A DNA stretch of 64,000 bases from IMG/VR virus record IMGVR_UViG_3300010400_000002, positions 14,309 through 78,308 of that record. One strand, 5' to 3'. Under the pieces are notes generated by a model. The model did not search any database. It saw nothing but the letters and a program-made list of their open reading frames with translations, and was not told the DNA's origin. The position numbers were made by a program, and so were the translations under genes. The DNA comes from a virus. Of the stretch, positions 32,155 through 39,039 are shown one piece after another. Each line of letters begins with the position of its first letter. Position 1 is the first letter of the stretch.

Positions 32155-32496
32155 ATGATAAGTTCCGTTTGGATTGGAATTACGGCAATAGCACTTGGCT
32201 TGATAGGTGGTTATATCTCTTTGCGAGAACGATTAGTGAGATTGGAAGTGAAGATTGATGTATTCTGGCGTGACGTAAGTTATAGTTCTGCAAAACTTCT
32301 CCACAAACCGCACCCTGACAGTGCACGTATGGATTACCTCATAGATAAATACCTTGATGACAAACTGAATCAATCGGAGATAGTAGAATTCATTGGCAAA
32401 CTAAAGGAACTTTTTGAAAACAAAGACGCAGAAACAGCAGAAAGACAATCGGCAGCGATACTTCTTGCGGCACTGAGGCAGCGATACAAAGTGTAA
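32155..32496 (+). CDS. single-TM protein
   Basis: N-terminal TM followed by LRERLVRLEVKID coiled coil. Confidence 0.55.
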   Translation: MISSVWIGITAIALGLIGGYISLRERLVRLEVKIDVFWRDVSYSSAKLLHKPHPDSARMDYLIDKYLDDKLNQSEIVEFIGKLKELFENKDAETAERQSAAILLAALRQRYKV

Positions 32497-32525
32497 ATTT
32501 GATTACTAACTTTAAAACCAAAACT

Positions 32526-32771
32526 ATGAAACTACTTTCAATCTTACTCGCAATCTTCGCTGCACCATTCATGCAGGTAATCGGATTCTTCATCGTCATC
32601 TGTATTGTTGCATGGGCATTATGGTGGCTGCTTACCACGGTAATCATTCCTCCGGCTCCGGCACCGCCGCGACCATTTAAGAACCTGGGCTACATCATCT
32701 ATGTGATCGTGGTGGCACTTATGTTTATTTGGTGGGTCAGTTTCGCCTTCGGGTTGGGGATATTTAATTAG
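32526..32771 (+). CDS. small membrane protein (2-3 TM, Pro-rich loop)
   Basis: Hydrophobic helices flank PPAPAPPRP. Confidence 0.55.
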   Translation: MKLLSILLAIFAAPFMQVIGFFIVICIVAWALWWLLTTVIIPPAPAPPRPFKNLGYIIYVIVVALMFIWWVSFAFGLGIFN

Positions 32772-32807
32772 TGGTGGCAAATTTTTTAATCCTACATTTA
32801 CAATCTC

Positions 32808-33179
32808 ATGGAGAAAGAAAACATCATCATTCACGTTCACAATGAAGGAATCATTGAGATAGGAATGATGTTGCAGAAGATTCTCCACTCACAAGAAATT
32901 ATTCTTCAAACTCTAAAACAAATTCAAATGACAAACGAAGAACTCAAAAAAGGACTCGATGATGTAAAAGCTACTCTCGACAGTATCGGTACAGAGGTTG
33001 ACAAAGTTGCAACCGAAACCAACACATTGAATTCAAAGATCGCTGATCTCGAAACTCAAATCGGGAATCTCGGTACTGTACCACAAGAATTACAGGATGC
33101 TTTCAATGCGGTAAAAGATCAAGCCGGTGTTGTTGCATCTAAGGTTCAGGCGGTGGATGCTCTTGTGCCTGACGCGTAA
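32808..33179 (+). CDS. coiled-coil protein (start may be 32928)
   Basis: Heptad pattern; last + strand gene before the terminator. Confidence 0.55.
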   Translation: MEKENIIIHVHNEGIIEIGMMLQKILHSQEIILQTLKQIQMTNEELKKGLDDVKATLDSIGTEVDKVATETNTLNSKIADLETQIGNLGTVPQELQDAFNAVKDQAGVVASKVQAVDALVPDA

Positions 33180-33207
33180 AGATTGTGTGTGTATGTGTTT
33201 AGGAGAG

Positions 33208-33236
33208 CGGGGTGGCAAATCAGCACCCCGTTTTTT
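33208..33236 (+). terminator. intrinsic terminator of the late operon
   Basis: CGGGGTG-GCAAATCAG-CACCCCG followed by TTTTTT. Confidence 0.8.
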
Positions 33237-33300
33237 ATTGAGGCAACTCAATCTGAAAGAGAAGTTTCTTTTGCTTCGGCGCAGTATCAATTCGGGGGGC

Positions 33301-33333
33301 AAAAAAAATGGATGATGTTTAGTCACCCATTTT
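33301..33333 (-). terminator. intrinsic terminator closing the RAMP/array transcript
   Basis: Minus strand AAAATGGGTGA-CTAAACA-TCATCCATTTT-TTTT; the stem is complete (one G-U) only on the minus strand. Confidence 0.75.
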
Positions 33334-33340
33334 AAACAGT

Positions 33341-33935
33341 ACCATAGCGGTGCGAACCCAACCATGCCAGCGCCTAACAGAACCATATCCAACAATACCG
33401 AGCCTTACACGATCACACCATACCGGCTTTCCAGCCCGTTCCATGCCATACCTCTACTTACATCAGCCAACCATACAGGACTAAAGCAAGCCATTGCTAA
33501 CCTATCCCGACCATACCGACTCTTTCGAGTCCGTACCCAACCGAACCATACCGAACACAAGCGAACCGCGCCGACGCCGAAGCTAACAATACCATTCCCG
33601 ATACTACCGCGCTCGACATAAGCTGACCAATCCATACCAAACCGGAGATAATTTTCCCGTTCCTTACCATACTCAACCGAACATTACCTAAGCCAGCCGT
33701 ACCCTGCATAACCGAAGCTGACCGAACCGACTGAAATTAATCAGTCCGTACCACGCCGTACACTACCATTCCAAACAAAATTGAACCGTATCCCGCCATG
33801 CCGAATCGAACCTTACCACAACACACGGAACACCACCATGCACTACCATACCGGCTTTTAAAAAGCCCGCACCAAACCAAAACTCAGCTAACCGGACAAA
33901 ACCGAACTCCACATAACCCCGCCCCGGCAAACCGG
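33341..33935 (-). ncRNA. array of six GGY-NN pentamer tracts separated by hairpins (putative gapped guide RNAs, VIPR-like)
   Basis: 103 in-phase pentamers by hand count, 55 with exact GGY and most others one mismatch away; tracts 33871-33935, 33750-33854, 33661-33730, 33535-33645, 33440-33519, 33341-33426; five junction hairpins. Confidence 0.85.
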
Positions 33936-33938
33936 AAT

Positions 33939-34565
33939 TTAATCTTCAATGACATCATAATTCTTAATAGCAAATCTTCCATATGACGGTCTGAAATCTC
34001 CAACGCCGCACAATCTTCCTGCCTGTACCAACGTGTCAATAAACAATGCCACATCAATATACTCAGGCAACTGAATCATGAATTGACATTTGCAAGTCCA
34101 TCCTGATTTTAATGCAGGACGAGTGCGATTAATGCCTGACCGCTGAATAACAACACGCCGACGATCTTCATAATCCCATTCTTTCTTTCCTAAAGAGCAA
34201 AGTGGAGTTAATGAGATTACTCCTGCTTTGAATAAGTCCATTGCCGACTTACGAGGCGAGCGAGGGTCTTGTTTGAACTTTGATGCAGCGATACAACTCA
34301 TGCGAAAATATTCACCCGGGATACAGAGAAATCCTTTATCATCCCGATAGACGTAGCTTTCGAGATCATCAGTTTTTTTAGCAGCAGAATTTTTTTTCGC
34401 TTTCGCTTTTTCATCTACTGCCTCTGCATTCCATCGGTGAAACAGCATGTCGGCTGTACCTTGAAATGTTACTTCAATCATGAACGGTTCTGAATGTTCA
34501 ATGACTTTCTTTGCGCCGTTTGTTGGCTCACTCACATTCTTAGCGAGTGTTTTTGCTGTACTCAT
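33939..34565 (-). CDS. solo RAMP/Cas7-like protein (Vipr-like)
   Basis: RAMP beta1 (MIEVTFQGTADMLFH), motif-II-like GFLCIPGEYFRMSCIAA, RTRP, C-terminal Gly-rich loop AGRLCGVGDFRPSYGRF. Confidence 0.8.
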   Translation of the reverse strand: MSTAKTLAKNVSEPTNGAKKVIEHSEPFMIEVTFQGTADMLFHRWNAEAVDEKAKAKKNSAAKKTDDLESYVYRDDKGFLCIPGEYFRMSCIAASKFKQDPRSPRKSAMDLFKAGVISLTPLCSLGKKEWDYEDRRRVVIQRSGINRTRPALKSGWTCKCQFMIQLPEYIDVALFIDTLVQAGRLCGVGDFRPSYGRFAIKNYDVIED

Positions 34566-34577
34566 AATTATGAAATT

Positions 34578-34683
34578 AAAAAGCCCCTACGACAAATGGT
34601 TCAAACCTTCACCGTTAGGAGAAAGTACATCTGCTTTCAGGGCTGTTTGGAAATGTCGTGATTGACACGATGAAAGTTTGAAC
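34578..34683 (-). promoter_or_regulatory. structured 5' leader of the RAMP gene
   Basis: 17-bp stem GTTCAAACTTTCATCGT/ACGGTGAAGGTTTGAAC; enclosed ACGACA and AGCCC are complementary to TGTCGT and GGGCT just upstream of the start codon. Confidence 0.6.
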
Positions 34684-34687
34684 GAGG

Positions 34688-34720
34688 CAAATATAAGGTG
34701 AGGGTATTACTAAATGCAAA
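34688..34720 (-). promoter_or_regulatory. Bacteroidota housekeeping-sigma promoter
   Basis: TTTG-N21-TATATTTG matches the -33/-7 consensus. Confidence 0.75.
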
Positions 34721-34827
34721 TCAGGATATAAACATTCGATTCACATAAATTGTCCTTTGTCAATCCATAGTGGCTTGTCGCCGTTCATCATGGAAAGATA
34801 CTTCTGCTTAATTTTTTTGGCTCTCAT

Positions 34828-35424
34828 TTATATTTCAATTGAGTTATTCACTTCATTGCCTAATAAATCCCATCCCTCATATTCATAATTAGGGAACATT
34901 CCTTCACGTTCCCTTGCGAATAACTCCAATCGTTTAGGCTCTTCGAAAACCCTGTCAGTGACCTTCATTATCAATTCGCGGAAGTAATGCGGTTTCTGTG
35001 AGTGCTTACCAACTTTCTGTTCGTGAAGATCACCGAAGTCAAATTCCGAAGCATAGAAATTACAGGTTTGTTCTCTGAAGGCAGTAACATTTCCTTTAAT
35101 TCCTAATAGCAGATGTTCGCATTGACCACGAAACCAATATCCCATTCCCTGACTCATTACCTTTCGCCACGTCATCATTGTCTTATACTTAAATCCCCAC
35201 GCAGCCATTACCTCAAAGGCTTCCGGCAATAGCGGAACGGTTGCCCCTAAGAACAACACCGAATTTTTCTCAGAAGGAATTTGCATTGCCTTGATATCAT
35301 CAAGCGGCATCGTTTCATATTTTGTATGAGCGCCACTTCCTTCCGGCTGATCTCCATTAGTTCGCCCTGTCTTTTTATTCTCGTAAGACCACGGCGGATC
35401 TGCGTAAATGACATTGTACTTCAT
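34828..35424 (-). CDS. MT-A70 family N6-adenine methyltransferase
   Basis: VIYADPPW, WGFKYKT, GMGYWFRGQCEHLLLG, HSQKP, LELFAR. Confidence 0.9.
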   Translation of the reverse strand: MKYNVIYADPPWSYENKKTGRTNGDQPEGSGAHTKYETMPLDDIKAMQIPSEKNSVLFLGATVPLLPEAFEVMAAWGFKYKTMMTWRKVMSQGMGYWFRGQCEHLLLGIKGNVTAFREQTCNFYASEFDFGDLHEQKVGKHSQKPHYFRELIMKVTDRVFEEPKRLELFAREREGMFPNYEYEGWDLLGNEVNNSIEI

Positions 35425-35640
35425 GCCGAAAGTTTTTTCACTCTAATATCCACAATCCACCTGAAAAAGCACAGGGAGAGAATCTTAAATTTCCCGTCCT
35501 TACAGTGATGGACTCCGTGGACGAGGCTGAACTTTAGGATGGAGGGGTTGGGTAATAATTTCATGGTGTATATTTAGTGATCTTAAACGTAAAAAACTCC
35601 TTCCCCTTCGCCACGATCTCCTTCTCCACGACAAGCCGGA

Positions 35641-36378
35641 CTAACACACTTTCTTCTGAACATGAATACCATAAGAGTCCGTTATTTTATGGCATGGCTT
35701 ACATAATGTTAATCCGTTATCCACATCCCATAATAACTTACAGGAAAGAGCATCAATAGTGTCCTTCAAATTGAATTGATAGATAATATTTGCTAAACTT
35801 ATTTTATGATGGCATTCCAACCTAACATTATTTTTACCACAGTTTTGGCAAGTGAAATTATCTCTCTTATAAACACTCAATCTCCATTGATTATATTCAA
35901 CCAATCTTCTTATCTTATCTTTAATAATATTAAACCCTTTTCCCTTCCCATATCTCCAATGATTCGTTCCGCTAATTCTAAGCCTCGCTTCTAAAGTATA
36001 CTTTTTGTTTCGGGTGAACGCCTTTCCTTTCATAAAGGCACTGTGCGCTGGTCTCTGTCTACCTAATTTAAAAACATGATAGCATTGTTGAGAACAGAAT
36101 TTTCTTTTTAGTGATTTGGAAAATTTAATATCTCTATTACAGATGGAGCATTTTGATTTCACCTTTCCTTTTCCAAAATCATTAGTCATACATATGACGT
36201 CACAATATATCCGCTTACATTTCTTTTTACAGTACCTACAATTATTTAGAATAGTTATCTTTCTTTTTCTTCTTTTTCTTATTCTTGAGCATGTTTCCGA
36301 ACAAGTTGTTCTGTTATTAAGTTGACATGGAAATACTTTGAATGGTGCATTACAAACAATACAGTTCTTAGTAATCAT
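35641..36378 (-). CDS. HNH endonuclease with Zn-ribbon repeats
   Basis: Start MITKNC; CxxC repeats; WRLSVYKRDNFTCQNCG...LECHH...NGLTLCKPCH. Confidence 0.85.
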   Translation of the reverse strand: MITKNCIVCNAPFKVFPCQLNNRTTCSETCSRIRKRRKRKITILNNCRYCKKKCKRIYCDVICMTNDFGKGKVKSKCSICNRDIKFSKSLKRKFCSQQCYHVFKLGRQRPAHSAFMKGKAFTRNKKYTLEARLRISGTNHWRYGKGKGFNIIKDKIRRLVEYNQWRLSVYKRDNFTCQNCGKNNVRLECHHKISLANIIYQFNLKDTIDALSCKLLWDVDNGLTLCKPCHKITDSYGIHVQKKVC

Positions 36379-36379
36379 C

Positions 36380-36505
36380 TTAAAAAAGATAGCCGCTGGC
36401 AATGGTGGCTTATCAACACAATCCGTAGGGAAGGAGTTGCACCAAAGCAGCGGCGTTTTTTGTTGAAGATGTTCATGGATTGAATTGATAAGCATTGCAA
36501 ATTTA
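36380..36505 (-). promoter_or_regulatory. promoter box and structured leader of the HNH gene
   Basis: TAAATTTG (36498-36505); interleaved pairings GCTTATCAA/TTGATAAGC and GCCGCTG/CAGCGGC. Confidence 0.5.
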
Positions 36506-36506
36506 A

Positions 36507-37010
36507 TTAAACTTCTTTTATTTCAATTTTATTAATTGCAAACATCAACTTCTTCTTCAGTCGGTAAACTGCTAACTTCCTTGTCATCTTCGACTTTACA
36601 TCTTCAACAACCTTAACTCCTTTCTCAAAATAACTGAAGTCACTCCGATAATAGCACACCTGTTGACCATTGATTATTAGCGGAAATTCTTCCTGTAACT
36701 GCAAATCCGTAATCTCACGATTCTTCTGCATATCGGATAGAATCAAGTAACGGCGGTACTCTTTCTCCGAATCGAATTTCAATCCTTCTTTGGTGACTAC
36801 CTTCTTGTTTCGGTACTTGGGTAATTTCTTTGATTCCTGCACCCTTGCTTTAACGCTGTCAGGCGACTTCGCTTTGGAGATAGCAGCGGTGGGTTTGGGG
36901 CTTGCGTGGCTCAGAGGGCTTGTTTTGACGTTCTTTCTGTCCAACAAGATTTCATCGAGGGATTTGCCCTTGTGGTATTGGTGATACTCTTCAACCGACA
37001 ACACTGTCAT
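36507..37010 (-). CDS. DUF1064-family PD-(D/E)XK nuclease
   Basis: KYRNKK..G.KFDSEKE.RRY..L...I.DLQLQ..F, YRSDF, VVEDVKS, YRLKKKL. Confidence 0.8.
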   Translation of the reverse strand: MTVLSVEEYHQYHKGKSLDEILLDRKNVKTSPLSHASPKPTAAISKAKSPDSVKARVQESKKLPKYRNKKVVTKEGLKFDSEKEYRRYLILSDMQKNREITDLQLQEEFPLIINGQQVCYYRSDFSYFEKGVKVVEDVKSKMTRKLAVYRLKKKLMFAINKIEIKEV

Positions 37011-37261
37011 ATCCCAAAAGTTTTATTCCTGGAATCAATCTGCTTACAAGCCAAGTCAACTTGCACAGATTCATCATCACGCAATGAATCGTGATAGCGG
37101 ATAATAAATTCTCGCAGTGATTCATTAACCTCCTGTTCAAATAACACTTCTTCCATATTGTCACTTCTTACCTGCCATAGCCCAGAATCTTTGTACAGGG
37201 GTCTGTTTTCAGGAAGTGCATCAATCAGGTCTTGTGTTGAGAATGTTGTGTAGTCGTTCAT
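37007..37261 (-). CDS. hypothetical protein
   Basis: Overlapping-operon ORF. Confidence 0.5.
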   Translation of the reverse strand: MNDYTTFSTQDLIDALPENRPLYKDSGLWQVRSDNMEEVLFEQEVNESLREFIIRYHDSLRDDESVQVDLACKQIDSRNKTFGI

Positions 37262-37408
37262 AGTTTCGGTATTTGCTTTGTCATTAACTGAAATCGTATT
37301 CTCTCCTTCTCACTCTCCGGCAATGCAGCCCAATGATCTACGGGCTGAGTGCGGTAGTGCTTCTCAATCCACCGTGTGAAGTCGGACTGAAACTTCTTGA
37401 GCATTTTA

Positions 37409-37861
37409 TCATTCTTCATCTTCATTTATTTTCACTAAAACCTCTTCAACTTCAGGTTGCATATAGTATTGATATTTCAGTACGTTGTCACGAGGCACAA
37501 GCGCAGTGATTAATTGCCTTTCCATCAGTTGAGCTATCTCAGCACTCGCGCAATTTATTATCCCCACTTCGTAACGTTTCCAATAATATTCTGTTTCGGC
37601 ATTGTAACTGTTGAGGCGAATGTACTCTCCGTACCCAATCCACCTTACGTCCGTCCATTGTTGGAAGTGCCTGTACAGTACCCGCCATGCATTAGTTGAA
37701 CTGAATCCTATGTAAACGATTATGCCGTCCTCTTTTATAATGTAACATCCCGGCTTCTCTACTTTATCGCTTCTCTTGATGCCACAAATACGACGCTGCC
37801 CGCGCTTACCCGTGTAGACAGGATGGAAAGTGAATTGCTTTAGGAGTTCACACATTTTCAT
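37409..37861 (-). CDS. GIY-YIG nuclease
   Basis: PGCYII...VYIG...H...MERQLI..L.PRDN. Confidence 0.75.
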   Translation of the reverse strand: MKMCELLKQFTFHPVYTGKRGQRRICGIKRSDKVEKPGCYIIKEDGIIVYIGFSSTNAWRVLYRHFQQWTDVRWIGYGEYIRLNSYNAETEYYWKRYEVGIINCASAEIAQLMERQLITALVPRDNVLKYQYYMQPEVEEVLVKINEDEE

Positions 37862-38430
37862 TCAATTTCATCTTTATCATTCGTCCAATCCTTCAATCTC
37901 TTCTCCTCCCGCTCCTGGTTGCGTTGCATCTTTGAATCATAATCATCATTGTCAGGATTACGGAGAATGTCAAATATCCCTGTGCGATGATCTTCTAAGT
38001 TTTGCTTGCGTTCAAAATAATCATCGGTCTTATCGGCGTACAACTCTTTGTCGGCGTTGCTACGGTTACATAGTTCATCGAGGGCATTGTCATCTTCAGG
38101 TGGCTTGATCGCAATAGCGAGTCCTGCTTCTATTAATCCGAATAAGTCGAATGACTTTTTCAAACGATGCGCTGTTATTCTTGCGCAATGTTCAGCGCCA
38201 GTGATTTGCTCACCCCATGATTTTGAAAGTGACAGTTCTTCAAGTTGTTCTTCTCTGGTTTGTGAAGAAAGCGGGCGAAGGATGGGCTTAAAGGGGTAGT
38301 GCCATTGCTTCAATAAGATATGACGCAATAAATCAGGAGTTAAAGTTAATTCTCCTTCTTTATGCCCATTGCTCGTAATGCCCAAACACCCTAAATACAA
38401 GTGTAGATAATCTTCAATTTTATTTTCCAT
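37858..38430 (-). CDS. conserved phage hypothetical protein
   Basis: DYLHLYLGC...KPILRPLS...FDLFGLIEAGLAI, a Bacteroidota-phage motif. Confidence 0.6.
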   Translation of the reverse strand: MENKIEDYLHLYLGCLGITSNGHKEGELTLTPDLLRHILLKQWHYPFKPILRPLSSQTREEQLEELSLSKSWGEQITGAEHCARITAHRLKKSFDLFGLIEAGLAIAIKPPEDDNALDELCNRSNADKELYADKTDDYFERKQNLEDHRTGIFDILRNPDNDDYDSKMQRNQEREEKRLKDWTNDKDEIE

Positions 38431-38617
38431 CGTTGTTGGTTTTATATTCAGTTTGTGGATCATCCGTTACAGGTAACTCCTCTTGCAGCATCTTGTGTAT
38501 CGCCCATCTCACTCCCTCTCTCCAATAGTAGCGTTCATCATCGGTGAGGTTTTCTTGCGCTAAGGATGCGTTCATTATTTCGTCGGATGTAATTAGCATG
38601 GTTAATCATTTTTTAGA

Positions 38618-38995
38618 TTATTCAACATGGTTTACAACTCCATTAACTTGTGGCTTACCCCATTTTCTCTTTTTGTTCTTAGCAAGTTTCTTATACGTGT
38701 CACTAAGTAATTCTTCGGCGGTGAGTCCATACTTTGCCGCAGCCCCTATTAGCAACATAAAACAATCTGCAAATTCCTCTCGTATTTCTTCGCTTCCCAA
38801 CTCCTTATAATTTTTTGGCTCATGCTTGTTTGGATTAACCCAAAACATATCTACTAATTCTTTTAACTCACCAACCTCTTCTTCTAAATGATTCATCATA
38901 GCAACGATAGTTCGGTTGTAGCTAAATTTATCGTGACCGAATGTCTTTATCTGCCATTCATCAACTTCAGTCATTAGTTTTTGTAAGTCGCTCAT
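38618..38995 (-). CDS. MazG-like / dATP-dGTP pyrophosphohydrolase (DUF550-like)
   Basis: WQIKTFG...HLEEEVGEL...EEFADC...KLAKNKKRKW. Confidence 0.8.
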   Translation of the reverse strand: MSDLQKLMTEVDEWQIKTFGHDKFSYNRTIVAMMNHLEEEVGELKELVDMFWVNPNKHEPKNYKELGSEEIREEFADCFMLLIGAAAKYGLTAEELLSDTYKKLAKNKKRKWGKPQVNGVVNHVE

Positions 38996-39039
38996 AGGTT
39001 TACTTTTTAGGAGTCAAAGGGTGCTGTTCAAAGTAGCGT

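Noticed and set aside
33341-33935. Canonical CRISPR array
   Set aside because: No identical 25-40-bp direct repeats; junction hairpins differ in sequence and the intervening tracts are themselves 5-nt periodic
33364-33986. Short ORFs over the array (33364-33621, 33405-33635, 33497-33709, 33798-33986)
   Set aside because: By-products of a low-complexity period-5 sequence; that period does not fit codon structure
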